Of a stretch of DNA of 37,131 bases, positions 9,072-22,813 are shown piece after piece. Source of the stretch: Pseudomonadota bacterium. Its GTDB lineage: Bacteria; Bdellovibrionota_B; Oligoflexia; Oligoflexales; RGVZ01. The stretch covers positions 1 through 37,131 of the forward strand of contig JBEGVZ010000090.1 of NCBI GenBank assembly GCA_041178085.1. Reading direction: 5' to 3'. Every line of letters begins with the position of its first letter. The first letter of the stretch is position 1. The notes under the pieces were generated by a model, which did no database searches, had not been told where the DNA came from, and was given only the letters and a program-made list of their open reading frames with translations. The translations under genes and the position numbers were made by a program.

Positions 9072-10382
9072 ATGTCTGGACGCGGTTCAAGTGGTCACGG
9101 TTCCAGTGCAGAAAGCCAGTCGGACGGAGATTCAAGGCACCCGCTGACTCCCACCTCAGGATTTAGCTTCTCCATGTCGTTGTTTCTGGACGCGGCTCTG
9201 GCCCTGCTTGGCCTTGCCCTTTCGGCTTACGCACTTCGTCATCATCTTGCGTTCAAGGCTGGAACATCCGCAGATGCGGTTTGCAACGTCAATGACCGGG
9301 TCAGTTGCGATGCGGTGGCAGCCAGTCAGTACAGCGAGATTGCCGGTGTGCCGCTTGGTGTATTTGGAATCGCGTTTTTTGCGGTTCTGCTTCTGTTGAA
9401 CATCGTGCGGACCGCATCGGCGCGTAGCGGGTTCCTTGGGCGGATGTCTTCCCAGGGTCACGCAGTGCTTGTTGCCAGCGGGGTCGTCGTCTCCGTTGTC
9501 CTGGCAGTGATTTCACTCGTCATCGTCAAGAGCTTCTGTCTGGTTTGCAGCGGGATTTATGTAGTTTGTTTGCTTTTGGCGGTTTCTTTGCACCTTGGTC
9601 GCTCGCAGCTGGCCCGGCCATTCCGGGTTTTACCTGTCGTAACCGGCCTTGCACTGGCGGCGGTGGTGACCGCCATTTCGGCGGTCAGCTACCTTGAGTT
9701 CACCAAGGCGGCGGCATCGCGGCCACCTGCGTTGAATCCCCAAAGCGCGCAGACGATCTCATCACCGCCCGGCAACCAGTCTGTCCCTCAGTTGCCCCAG
9801 CAGCCCATGCGCGTGATTCCTCTCGCCCGGACTGCATACTCTGGTGCCGGGGAGGACTTCCGGTACGGCAACGAACAGGCGAAGGTCATCATCCATGAAT
9901 TTGTCGACTTCCAGTGTCCAGCCTGTGCTGTGCTGGCCTCGACGATCAAGACCTTAAAAGATCGTTACGGTTCACGTGTTCTTTTCGTTTTCCGGAATTA
10001 TCCCTTGGACCAGGCTTGCAACAAGAACATCCGGGGAAAGTTTCATGAGCACTCTTGCTTGATTGCCACGATCGCCCGGTGTGCAGGTCAATATGGCAAA
10101 TTCTGGGAGTATCAGGAGCTTGCTTTTGCAGGCCATGCATCGGCCTCGGCAGAGAATGCAGAAAAATGGGCAAGGGCAGTAGGGTTGTCCCAGGATGCGA
10201 TCGCAACTTGCAAGAAGTCCCCTGACATTCTTACCAAGCTCAAGGACGATGTTGAGGTCGCTGATTCCCTGGGTGTCACCGGAACACCCGCCATCTTCAT
10301 CAACGGAGCAGTGTATAACGGGGATCGTAGCGTGGATGCCTTGTCGGCAGCGATTGAGTTCGCCCTGGCACAGGCCAAGTGA
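9072..10382 (+). CDS. VKOR domain fused to a DsbA-like thioredoxin domain (disulfide bond formation)
   Basis: CNVNDRVSCDAV, SQYSEIAGVPL and CLVC (VKOR); FVDFQCPAC, FRNYPL and GVTGTPAIFING (DsbA). Start codon uncertain. Confidence 0.9.
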   Translation: MSGRGSSGHGSSAESQSDGDSRHPLTPTSGFSFSMSLFLDAALALLGLALSAYALRHHLAFKAGTSADAVCNVNDRVSCDAVAASQYSEIAGVPLGVFGIAFFAVLLLLNIVRTASARSGFLGRMSSQGHAVLVASGVVVSVVLAVISLVIVKSFCLVCSGIYVVCLLLAVSLHLGRSQLARPFRVLPVVTGLALAAVVTAISAVSYLEFTKAAASRPPALNPQSAQTISSPPGNQSVPQLPQQPMRVIPLARTAYSGAGEDFRYGNEQAKVIIHEFVDFQCPACAVLASTIKTLKDRYGSRVLFVFRNYPLDQACNKNIRGKFHEHSCLIATIARCAGQYGKFWEYQELAFAGHASASAENAEKWARAVGLSQDAIATCKKSPDILTKLKDDVEVADSLGVTGTPAIFINGAVYNGDRSVDALSAAIEFALAQAK

Positions 10383-10422
10383 AGCGTTGAGCAAATCATG
10401 CTGAAGGTCAGGTGAGAGACGC

Positions 10423-14381
<3,959 letters not shown>

Positions 14382-14385
<4 letters not shown>

Positions 14386-15473
14386 GCCGTCTTCCCCCGA
14401 CGGTGGGGGGCACGGGGATCGTGGGAGACATATTCACCCCACTTGTAACCGTCCATCTCCAACGCAAGCTGCAGGAATACTCCTTTAATTTCTTTCTTCG
14501 CTTCCGGGGTTTCCCATGGGTCTCGGCGATTTTCAAATTCCGGCAGCGCAGCCAGGAAATGTGCAACGGGTTCGTAGCCACTGGTGTAGCTCCTGTCTTC
14601 GTGCATCAGCACCAGATCCCGCGACGCATCTTTGATTACTTCTGCAGCAGTGCGAATTACGCTGATCATTCGTTCGTAGGCTTCGGCAGTAGCAAGCGCC
14701 CGCATCCTGCCCCAGTCAACCGTTATCATTATACCGAACTCCGCGACCTCGGACCGGTATTCTTTTTGAACCCAGTTTCGCTGCTGCTTGCCCGCACTTT
14801 TTCGCCAGTCGATGTAGCGCGCAGAATCGTTGATCGTGTGCGGCTTATGGCAATAAAATTCACGCTCGTCGTCTTGCGCAGCCACCCGCTTCCGGTAGTC
14901 GCGGCGGAGTTCTTCGTAAAGGTCTGGAAGGATGGCGGGCAGGATGGTCAGGTAGCCCCGTGACTCAGACATCTTGAACTTGTCGATCAAGCCAAACGGG
15001 AAATTCGTCCTTTGCAGGATCCTGATTGACTTGTGCAGGCCACGCGGCATTGCCTCCATGTGGAATCCGATTGTTTTTGAGGACTTTGGTGGCAGAACCA
15101 TGACGTTGCCTTGTCCCTGGCAATTCTTCAGCCGCACTGGAAAAATCAACGAACGCGGGGCATTGTCGATCGCGTAATTCTCAAAACCATAGATCGGTAT
15201 GTGGCGGTTCGTGTTCTCGACAATCAAGGCGATGTCAAAGGGCTTGCCCGCTTCTGCCGTGTGCTGAAGGAATCCGCGGACTTCATAGCTCCTGATTGCT
15301 GACTCGGATAACAGGCCCGAAACCAGGATCAAACTCAGGCCAGAGGCAAGAAACAGGAACAGTGCATTGGTTCCTGTGTTGATCGCAATGAGTCCTGACA
15401 GAAACACCGCCGCCAGTGAATAGATCCCGGCCTTGCTGAATGCGAGGCCGCGATTTACTGTGCGGTAATACAT
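14382..15473 (-). CDS. DUF58 domain protein
   Basis: AINTGTNALFL, LVSGLLSE, FPFGL and RYIDWRKSA; lies between MoxR and the transglutaminase. Confidence 0.88.
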
Positions 15474-15488
15474 GTTGTACCCCGGATC

Positions 15489-16451
15489 CTAGTCAATTTC
15501 GACCTGGCCAAGGATGTTTTTGATTGCTTCGGCACCGTCTACGCTTGCCCTGGGAATGATCCGATGTGCCAGGCTCGCTGGCGCGAGTTGGATCAGGTCG
15601 TCAGGAATGACATAGTCTCGTCCTTCTGTTAGCGCTCTGGCTTTCGCCATGCGCAACCAAGAGACCCCGCCGCGCGTCGAAATGCCCAGCTTGATGCTTT
15701 CTGCATGGCGCGATACGTCGATAACCCGTTTTGCCAGGGATAGCACGCGATCTGCGACGAATACTCCGTCGAGTGCCTGCTGGGTTGCCAGCAGGTCGTC
15801 TATGGCCAGCAGCCCTTGCGGCACTGACGCGAGCGGATCGAGTGTCGCGACGCGCAGAATTTCTATCTCTTTCGTCTTTGACGGGTAATCCAGTTTAATC
15901 TTGGCTGCGAAGCGATCCAGCTGGCTCTCTGGGAGCGGGTAAGTTCCGATGCTTTCGTTGGGATTTTGCGTTGCAAAAACGACGAATGGACGGGGAAGTG
16001 GCTGGGATTTTCCCTCGATCGTGACGGATCCTTCTCCCATTGCTTCCAGGAGTGCCGACTGGGTACGCGGTGATGCGCGGTTGAGCTCGTCGGCAAGGAC
16101 TATCTGGGTAAAAATCGGACCCTTGTGGAACTCGAACCGTTGTTTTTCAGGGTTGAAAACTTCCACGCCGATCACATCACCCGGAAGTACGTCATTGGTG
16201 AATTGGACCCGTTTGAAGTCCAAGCCAAGCATCTTGGCTATGGATTTGATGAAGGTGGTCTTTCCGATGCCGGGGACGTCCTCGAGCAAGACGTGCCCTT
16301 GCGCAAGGATTGCGCACAGTGAGACGGACGAAACTTGGGGCTTCTGGGGCACCAGAAGTTCCATCTGCTTGCGCAGCAGTTTGAGTGTTTCGAAAACCTG
16401 GGCGGAGATCAGTGGTTCCCCGCTTTTTTTCTCGAGCGCGTGCGCTCCCAT
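15489..16451 (-). CDS. moxR: MoxR family AAA+ ATPase
   Basis: HVLLEDVPGIGKT, RVQFT, LADELNRASPRTQSALLEAM, ATQNP and YPLPESQLDRF. Confidence 0.95.
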   Translation of the reverse strand: MGAHALEKKSGEPLISAQVFETLKLLRKQMELLVPQKPQVSSVSLCAILAQGHVLLEDVPGIGKTTFIKSIAKMLGLDFKRVQFTNDVLPGDVIGVEVFNPEKQRFEFHKGPIFTQIVLADELNRASPRTQSALLEAMGEGSVTIEGKSQPLPRPFVVFATQNPNESIGTYPLPESQLDRFAAKIKLDYPSKTKEIEILRVATLDPLASVPQGLLAIDDLLATQQALDGVFVADRVLSLAKRVIDVSRHAESIKLGISTRGGVSWLRMAKARALTEGRDYVIPDDLIQLAPASLAHRIIPRASVDGAEAIKNILGQVEID

Positions 16452-16615
16452 GGTGCCTCCTGGAGGTCCTGCAGTCCTGATGTGAAGGTCTCGGCAGGAC
16501 GGAGCGTTTCATGAGGCTCCCCGGCAATCATGATTTATCCGGGTTTGGTGAATTCTAAAATAGGACCCCTTTGGTGGGCGAATCCTGTTGGTTAGGCTTA
16601 CAGGGAGAAAAAGTA

Positions 16616-16647
16616 AAAAGGGCATGCCATGCTGGCATGCCCCTTTT
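16616..16647. terminator. Rho-independent terminator-like hairpin (A-run and T-run flanks)
   Basis: AAAAGGGCATGCCA-TGC-TGGCATGCCCCTTTT, about 80 bp downstream of the 16727 stop on the minus strand. Confidence 0.75.
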
Positions 16648-16726
16648 AAAACCTGTTATCGAGGTACCCGGTCAACGCCGGCCCGGCGATTTCGACGGGC
16701 AAGGCTTTTCGATCAACCTTGAGAGT

Positions 16727-17464
16727 TCACTGGACAGATTCAATGTCCCAGTTTTCGTTGCCACGGTCACCAATCCCGTTCCACTGGTTGTTCTGCGGAG
16801 GAGGCTGGATATTGTTCTGTGGCGGCACCACGTTGTTCTGTGGTGGCTGGATGTTGTCCTGCGGTGGCACCACGTTGTTCGATTCGCCCTCAAGCGTCAC
16901 GTTGATCGTGAGGCTTGTGTCCTGTGGTGCTGGCGGTGGTGAAATGTTGTTGTTGTTCGGGCCAGGAGGTGTCGGTTGACCTACCCGGACGAGTTCAAGT
17001 TGCAGCGTATTTTGACCCGGAACCAGTGTGTAGTTCGCTTTGCTACCTTGTAGCTTCAGGACAGCGCCCTCAAAAATCTCAAGCTTTACGGTGCCAGGGG
17101 TGTTTGGCTTCAAACGGGAAATCGTGATGGTCGCACGTCCGTTGGTGAAGCTGATGGTGTTATTCTCGGTGCGGTCAAGGAAACTGAACTTGTAGCTCAA
17201 ATTCGCCGTATTCAAGTTGAACTTTGCTCTCAACTCGCCTTCATTGAAGGTCATGCTGACGGTCTGGCGGTCGTTGCCAGGCTGTTGGCCCTGGTCGCCG
17301 TTCCACGGGTTTATTGGTGAAGTGCGCTGCGACTGGTCCGGAACCTCAACCTTGGGGCTTCTGGACACACACGCAGTTGTAAGTGTGGCAAGGGTCATCG
17401 CCAACAGCAGATTGGTCGTTTTCCGGTTCAGAAAAAACGCACTGACAGATCGAATGGGATTCAT
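16727..17464 (-). CDS. Predicted lipoprotein with a beta-rich domain and PPQNN repeats
   Basis: GGAGG RBS before ATG 17464; LTTAC lipobox; Pro/Gln/Asn-rich linkers. Confidence 0.8.
   Translation of the reverse strand: MNPIRSVSAFFLNRKTTNLLLAMTLATLTTACVSRSPKVEVPDQSQRTSPINPWNGDQGQQPGNDRQTVSMTFNEGELRAKFNLNTANLSYKFSFLDRTENNTISFTNGRATITISRLKPNTPGTVKLEIFEGAVLKLQGSKANYTLVPGQNTLQLELVRVGQPTPPGPNNNNISPPPAPQDTSLTINVTLEGESNNVVPPQDNIQPPQNNVVPPQNNIQPPPQNNQWNGIGDRGNENWDIESVQ
16787..16879 (-). repeat. Coding tandem repeat of 21-bp units (two alternating variants, about 4.5 units)
   Basis: Encodes NNVVPPQ-DNIQPPQ-NNVVPPQ-NNIQPPPQ-NN. Confidence 0.85.
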
Positions 17465-17491
17465 GTTGACCTCCGGGTTTGCCGGAAGGGT

Positions 17492-17507
17492 TGCAAATCC
17501 CGGGCCG
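17492..17507 (-). promoter_or_regulatory. Candidate sigma54 promoter for the 17464 lipoprotein
   Basis: Minus strand reads CGGCCCGGGATTTGCA (GG-N10-GC), 28 bp from the ATG. Confidence 0.45.
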
Positions 17508-17638
17508 CCGGCTGCCGTTGTGCAAAAGCACCGGCCCACGTGCGCTGTTTTCGGCGGTTTCACAAGTCACAATCGGGGCTTGCGGGAAAGCCTGTGAGCC
17601 ATCAGGGGCCATTCAGGGGCTTTTCCGCGGCAGGAAGA

Positions 17639-17655
17639 TGTCAACATTCTTGACA
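17639..17655. promoter_or_regulatory. Palindromic regulator site TGTCAA-N5-TTGACA
   Basis: Perfect 6-bp inverted repeat within a divergent intergenic region. Confidence 0.45.
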
Positions 17656-17715
17656 CCCGCCTGTGGGTTTTCGTCTGGAATCTGGTCAGGTCCAGCGAAA
17701 TCAGCGACTTGCCAA

Positions 17716-17731
17716 TGGACCATGTCTTGCT
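17716..17731 (+). promoter_or_regulatory. Candidate sigma54 promoter for the 17767 operon
   Basis: TGGACCATGTCTTGCT (GG-N10-GC), about 35 bp upstream of ATG 17767. Confidence 0.5.
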
Positions 17732-17766
17732 AACTGCAATCTTGTGGGAAGTATGTGGAGTCGATC

Positions 17767-19584
17767 ATGCGTTGTTTCTTTGCTGCCGTTGCCCGCCCGC
17801 TAATAGCAATTTCGCTGCTGTTCCACCTGACAGCTTGCGAGTGGATCCTCAATGCCCCGGGTTGGTCAACGAGCGAAGAATCAGGGGAACAATCCAGGCC
17901 CGGATTCGATGTTCCAAGGGCCTGGGAGCGGGAGCTGGTGTCTCCTGCTGGTGGGCAGCCGACGTTACCGCTCGAAAATGACCTGATGAAAGTAGAATTC
18001 AGCAACCTTGGTTCGATCAAGGGTGCATTGGTGCGTGAGCGTTTCCAGATGGTGGATCGCGATGAGCTTTTGCTGGCTGCCGCGATTTGCCAATGTGTCC
18101 CAAGATGGTCGCACAAGGTCCTTGTCAGGACGCTGGAGTCCAACGGCCCGTTGCCTCAGGTGCTGGTGCCCCAGATCCGCGAGGCCATCTTACGTGACAA
18201 GCGCGTCCAGGCCGTGATCAACCTGCCAGGCGGGCCAGAGGGCGTTATCTCCCGGCTTTTTGCCAGCGACACCCAACTGGAGAGTACAATCCGGTCAAAC
18301 ATCTTGTCGATGATCCAGGTGGCTTGGCAGAACCCCCTGAAGATCGGTGCATCCCAGGCGATCAACTTCGACGCATTCACCCCGCCACCGTGGCGGGTGC
18401 CAGCGCCCCAGGGGGGGCGTGCTGTTCGTCCGGAAGGCTTTGACGTGGGCACCCTTGCTTCACGTTGGCTCTTGATTGCCAACGCAGTGCCGCCATGGAC
18501 TGCAGGGCCAGGGCGCAGCCGCGCTGATTTGCCCCTCGAACAAGACATCCTGCTGGTCAGCTGGGCGCGGATGATGGCTGAAATCAATTACATCCTCGGA
18601 ATCAAGCGCGGTTTTGACAACCGCATCTACGGTGGTTTGTTGGTCAACCCGCACGACAACACTGGAGCATTGCTTGGGTTTGAGATGCTCCCCGAGTCGG
18701 GAGCGCCGATGCTCGCTCTCTCTGGCCAGGTCCGCGTTGCTTACCAGCCGATGTCTTCGTTGCGGCTTATTGTCAACGGTAATGAGAAGTGGCAGCGCCA
18801 GCCAGGTACGATTGATTTGCACGAGCAGACGCGCGTGTGGCGTGCCGGTGCAGCCATTTTCAGGGGTCTCCGCCAGGAGTCCCGCAAATATCCAGCCGCC
18901 ATTTTCGGTGCTGGCGATGCCAACCTTTTCCCGGCGAACGCGCAGCGTCTCGGGCTCGCCTTCTTGCAGGGCATGCAAGTTTTGCTCGGAGAAGAGTTCA
19001 TAGCTCTCGATACTTTGACGATTGGTGACAACTTCTCCATTCCGGAGCAACGGGTGCAAAGGGCTGAATCCGACCTGGTCAGCATGGTGCGCGTTGCTGG
19101 CGCGTCGGCAGCGTGGCTGCAAGAGCTTCAGTCCCTTGATTCATCGGGTCTTGCCGAGGACGACAAGGCAACACTACGCAGTGGCTTGCCTAAATTGCAG
19201 GATGCGGTCCGCCTTGGTGTGCTTCGCGGTCTGCGCCGCGCAATTGACTGGGGTGCCTTCGACGCATCCCAATCCCCGGGCAAAGCCCTGCCGCTGGCGC
19301 GACAGGCCGAACTGATTGCCACTTTTGCTGCGATAGAACAAGACATGATGCGTAGCGGTTACGTCCGACGCAAAATCGCTGTTTTTGCCCAGCGCATGAT
19401 CGAAAGCCTTTCGACGCGTTTGAATCAGGGGTCCTATGTTGATTTGACCCCTGAAGAGGCAATCTGGGTCCGCGAAGCATTGGTGCGGGTTAAAAAATAC
19501 AGCAGCAATGAAGCCGAATTCGCGGCATTCTTGCAAAGTCTGGAAACGGGGCTCAAGGCGTGGGATTTATCGGCCGCAATCTGA
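17767..19584 (+). CDS. Large hypothetical lipoprotein
   Basis: About 605 aa; GGAG before ATG 17767; LTAC lipobox; no recognised domain. Confidence 0.75.
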   Translation: MRCFFAAVARPLIAISLLFHLTACEWILNAPGWSTSEESGEQSRPGFDVPRAWERELVSPAGGQPTLPLENDLMKVEFSNLGSIKGALVRERFQMVDRDELLLAAAICQCVPRWSHKVLVRTLESNGPLPQVLVPQIREAILRDKRVQAVINLPGGPEGVISRLFASDTQLESTIRSNILSMIQVAWQNPLKIGASQAINFDAFTPPPWRVPAPQGGRAVRPEGFDVGTLASRWLLIANAVPPWTAGPGRSRADLPLEQDILLVSWARMMAEINYILGIKRGFDNRIYGGLLVNPHDNTGALLGFEMLPESGAPMLALSGQVRVAYQPMSSLRLIVNGNEKWQRQPGTIDLHEQTRVWRAGAAIFRGLRQESRKYPAAIFGAGDANLFPANAQRLGLAFLQGMQVLLGEEFIALDTLTIGDNFSIPEQRVQRAESDLVSMVRVAGASAAWLQELQSLDSSGLAEDDKATLRSGLPKLQDAVRLGVLRGLRRAIDWGAFDASQSPGKALPLARQAELIATFAAIEQDMMRSGYVRRKIAVFAQRMIESLSTRLNQGSYVDLTPEEAIWVREALVRVKKYSSNEAEFAAFLQSLETGLKAWDLSAAI

Positions 19585-20810
19585 TGGTTTTTATTGCGGT
19601 GTGGTGCATCCCGTTGCATGCGCACGCGCAATCCCTTCTGCCCGAGGGCATCATTGCCTGGCAGGTAGGGGAGCGCGTCTACCGCAGCCAGGAAAACGCC
19701 TTCGATGCGAATTTCCAGCTGCGGCCGATTGGTTCGAATTACACCATGAGTTTCGACAATGAAATGCTCCTGAGCGGCAAGGCTGGCAAGGATCTACAAA
19801 GGCTTGCAACCGTCCTGCAAACCGTCGGTGATCCTGCCGAAACAAAACTGGATCTTGGCACCTTGCGGCAGGATGTGTCCGCGGATTTGTCAGCGACGAT
19901 CCTGGGGATCGCTTATGGGGCCGGCAAGGACCTCACTTTGTACCTGGGAGTCCCCTGGACCAAAGCTGAGGTCAAGAACAAGATCCAGTTCACAGGCCGC
20001 AATAACGCACTGGACATCCTGGACCGGCTGGGAAATTTCGCTTTCGACGAACTACGCGCTGGCCTTGAGCAGGCGAGTCGCCTTGATGTGGCAACTATCC
20101 AGAGCAACATTGAATCTGAAGGCTACGGCCCGATTGACCACTGGCAGCATTCAGGGATCGGGGACCTTGTGATTGGAGCCAAGACGCAGGTTATTGTTGA
20201 TCTTTACACCGGCGGTGCTTTCAGCCTTGAATATAACCCGACCTTGAGTCTGCCGACCGGTCACGCGGATGATCCAGACTTGATCAACGATGTGGGGCTT
20301 GGCAAAGGGTATGTCTCTATCGGGCAGAAACTCGTTCAGCGTTTTCAGGTCATGCCAGCTTTAAAAGTGGGCCTTGACCAGTCCTACGCGTATAACTTGG
20401 ACGCCCGTTTGCAGCGTCGCGTTCCTGAAGGAAACGAGACGGTGGTGGGTGCCGATCGCAAGGCCAATGTGCTGCTCAATCCAGGGGATGATCTTGAGAC
20501 TGGCGCATTCATAGAGGGTGGTTACGGCTACTGGGGAGGCTCGATTCGGTTTTCGGACCGACGGCATTTCATGGACAAGTACTCGGGTAGCATCAGCGGA
20601 AATTACGACAAGCTTTCGTTGAATTCAGATACCGAATTGATTTCGTACGAGGCAGGTGTTTCTTTCACCACTGTGGATGCCTTTCAGCGCAAAGAATTTC
20701 CCGTGCCGTTCATTGCGAATTTCCTTGCTAGTTTTCCGGTTGCTGGGCTCAACAGCCCCAACTTTGAGTACTATGAGCTGACGTTTACCAGCTTCCTCGA
20801 CGCCAGATAA
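19560..20810 (+). CDS. Exported protein, probable outer-membrane beta-barrel
   Basis: Signal peptide ending AHA; amphipathic strands; SGIGDLVIGAK and LSLPTG patterns seen in MetA-pathway/transporter-type barrels; aromatic-rich last strand. Start is 19560 or 19584. Confidence 0.65.
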   Translation: MGFIGRNLMVFIAVWCIPLHAHAQSLLPEGIIAWQVGERVYRSQENAFDANFQLRPIGSNYTMSFDNEMLLSGKAGKDLQRLATVLQTVGDPAETKLDLGTLRQDVSADLSATILGIAYGAGKDLTLYLGVPWTKAEVKNKIQFTGRNNALDILDRLGNFAFDELRAGLEQASRLDVATIQSNIESEGYGPIDHWQHSGIGDLVIGAKTQVIVDLYTGGAFSLEYNPTLSLPTGHADDPDLINDVGLGKGYVSIGQKLVQRFQVMPALKVGLDQSYAYNLDARLQRRVPEGNETVVGADRKANVLLNPGDDLETGAFIEGGYGYWGGSIRFSDRRHFMDKYSGSISGNYDKLSLNSDTELISYEAGVSFTTVDAFQRKEFPVPFIANFLASFPVAGLNSPNFEYYELTFTSFLDAR

Positions 20811-20858
20811 ACCTGTAATTCCGGTCACTTAATTTAAATCCTCAAGGAAATCGGGGGC

Positions 20859-21941
20859 TTGGTCGATTACCTCCCCATGATTTGGCGGCTTTACAACTAT
20901 TTTCTTTCTGCAGCGAGCGCAGTGGTGCTGCTGGCAGGCTGTGCTTCGCGTGATGGTGACGACGGAAAGGATTCACAACCAGGTGTTTCCGATGCCAGTC
21001 CTGCATCGAAGTCGATTGTTGTCTATTACGCAAACGAGACGCCTGATTCGGACGCGGTCGCTGCGCGGCTTGACCGTTTAGACATGCTTTTGTCACAGGC
21101 TTGGCAGCAGGTGCCTGCCGGTGCCAGTCAGGTCCAGCACCGCGCGATGATCGACAAGCACCGGCAGTTTATCAAGCAGGACCGCGTCGAGTTCCCGGCC
21201 CAAGTGGCCAAAGACATTCGAGGGCTGGAAAAACAGATTTGCCTCAACGCGGCTTACCGGACAGGAACATCCTTGTTTGTCTTCAGCAACAAGCTGGCGC
21301 GCTCGGGGAAGTTCCAGTTCTGCTCTGCCGGTGCATCGCCCTCGCCCCTGGAGACAGGGTCATGGCCGTTGGCCTTGGTGGAATCGTCGATCATGGCGGG
21401 TAAGGCTGGGGCTCCTGCGTTTGCGTCTTTCAAGGACAGTCCGTTGATTTTCACCCCTGCGATGCGAGCCGCGCGCGATATCGTCCAGTCCACGTTAACG
21501 GCATCCGTACCAGGTACTGGTCCGTTCAAATTGACCTTCATTGTCAAGAGCCACAGCTTCGGCGGCAAGGTTGTGACGTCGCGCCACCCCATCGACAATG
21601 GTGATGTGGCCTCTGTCGAAGGTGCCGGTTCGGCATTCATCCAGGCGGTCATTGGTTCAGGTGCGTTGCCCGAACCCCAAAACGCAGGCATGACGGAAAG
21701 TGAATTCAGGGATGAGATCAAATCCCTGCCCTTCCCTCTGGAGCTGCTCGTGTTCGATCACGCCAATACACCATTTGATCCGGCGACAGGCACAGCCCTG
21801 CGCGAAGACTTCTCGCAGATCCGTTCTTCGATTTTCACTCCGTCTGGCCAGGGTGCTGGATATGAAGGCTTGGCATGGGGAAATTTGCCCCCTGCGATCG
21901 ATTTTGCTGCGTCGGTACGCCAGATTTTTAAATCACGTTGA
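20859..21941 (+). CDS. Lipoprotein with degenerate clostripain (C11)/clan CD-like motifs
   Basis: LLAGC lipobox; IVVYYANE, FIVKSHS, MTESEFRDEI and LELLVFDHA. Confidence 0.7.
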   Translation: MVDYLPMIWRLYNYFLSAASAVVLLAGCASRDGDDGKDSQPGVSDASPASKSIVVYYANETPDSDAVAARLDRLDMLLSQAWQQVPAGASQVQHRAMIDKHRQFIKQDRVEFPAQVAKDIRGLEKQICLNAAYRTGTSLFVFSNKLARSGKFQFCSAGASPSPLETGSWPLALVESSIMAGKAGAPAFASFKDSPLIFTPAMRAARDIVQSTLTASVPGTGPFKLTFIVKSHSFGGKVVTSRHPIDNGDVASVEGAGSAFIQAVIGSGALPEPQNAGMTESEFRDEIKSLPFPLELLVFDHANTPFDPATGTALREDFSQIRSSIFTPSGQGAGYEGLAWGNLPPAIDFAASVRQIFKSR

Positions 21942-22811
21942 TTGCGGGTGCTGGGCGAGGATCTCGCGGATGACGTAGGAGGCCGCAGCCATTCCAAAGA
22001 CAGAAGTGACGCAAATCAGGGTGCCCATGATCACGTTGCGTTTATTGCGCAAGTCATCGCCCGTCAGCGGAGCGTCTGGGTCCTCACCAAGTTGCGTGGC
22101 AATTTCGATGCGTCCGAGCTCCGCCTCCGGGTGGGATGGCTGGATCGGATCGCGCGGAATCTCTGTTGAGTAAACAGCTGGGATCTTGAAAGTTGAGTTG
22201 GTCGAAAAATTGTATTTCTTGCGCAGATACACCCTGACCATCCTGGCCAGCGGATCGATGGTCGTCTTGGCCAGATCGGTGATTTTCACCTGGGTTGGGT
22301 CGAATCGTCCTCCGGCCCCGCTGGAAACGATGATGGGAATTCCTGCGCGCTTGCAGGCGACGATAAGGGCGCACTTGTTGCCCAATTGGTCAATGGCGTC
22401 GATCACATAATCGATCTTCCGGCCACCGTGAGTGGCGGGATCTAGCAGAGTCGGCAGCGAGTCAGGATTGATGTGTTCGAACCGCGGAAAGATCCCCGCA
22501 TTGGGTGAAATATCGCGCAGGCGTCCAGCAACGACTTCGACTTTTGGCAGTCCGATGGTCGATTGCAGGGCAGGCATCTGGCGGTTGGTGGTGGTCAGGG
22601 AGACGCGGTCCATGTCGACCAGGGTGATTCGGCCGATCCCCGACCTGGCGAGGGCTTCGCATGCCCAGGAACCAACTCCCCCCATTCCGGCAACGAGGAC
22701 GTGCGCATTGTGGAGGCGTTGCAAGCCGTCTTCTCCGACAAGGCGGGAGAGTCGCTCAAAGCGGCGGTCGATTTGGCCGTCAATCATCATGGTGGGCGAC
22801 AGGTATTCCAC
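21933..22811 (-). CDS. tcdA: tRNA threonylcarbamoyladenosine dehydratase (ThiF/E1-like)
   Basis: GMGGVGSW, EALARSGIG, NRQ, DYVIDAID, GAGGRFDPT, DPLAR, VYSTE and VTSVFG. Confidence 0.9.
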   Translation of the reverse strand: MEYLSPTMMIDGQIDRRFERLSRLVGEDGLQRLHNAHVLVAGMGGVGSWACEALARSGIGRITLVDMDRVSLTTTNRQMPALQSTIGLPKVEVVAGRLRDISPNAGIFPRFEHINPDSLPTLLDPATHGGRKIDYVIDAIDQLGNKCALIVACKRAGIPIIVSSGAGGRFDPTQVKITDLAKTTIDPLARMVRVYLRKKYNFSTNSTFKIPAVYSTEIPRDPIQPSHPEAELGRIEIATQLGEDPDAPLTGDDLRNKRNVIMGTLICVTSVFGMAAASYVIREILAQHPQST

Positions 22812-22813
22812 TT

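Noticed and set aside
9072..10382. VKOR-DsbA fusion as a novelty
   Set aside because: VKOR-thioredoxin-fold fusions are well known in bacteria.
16787..16879. Possible CRISPR array
   Set aside because: In-frame coding repeat with no unique spacers and no cas genes.
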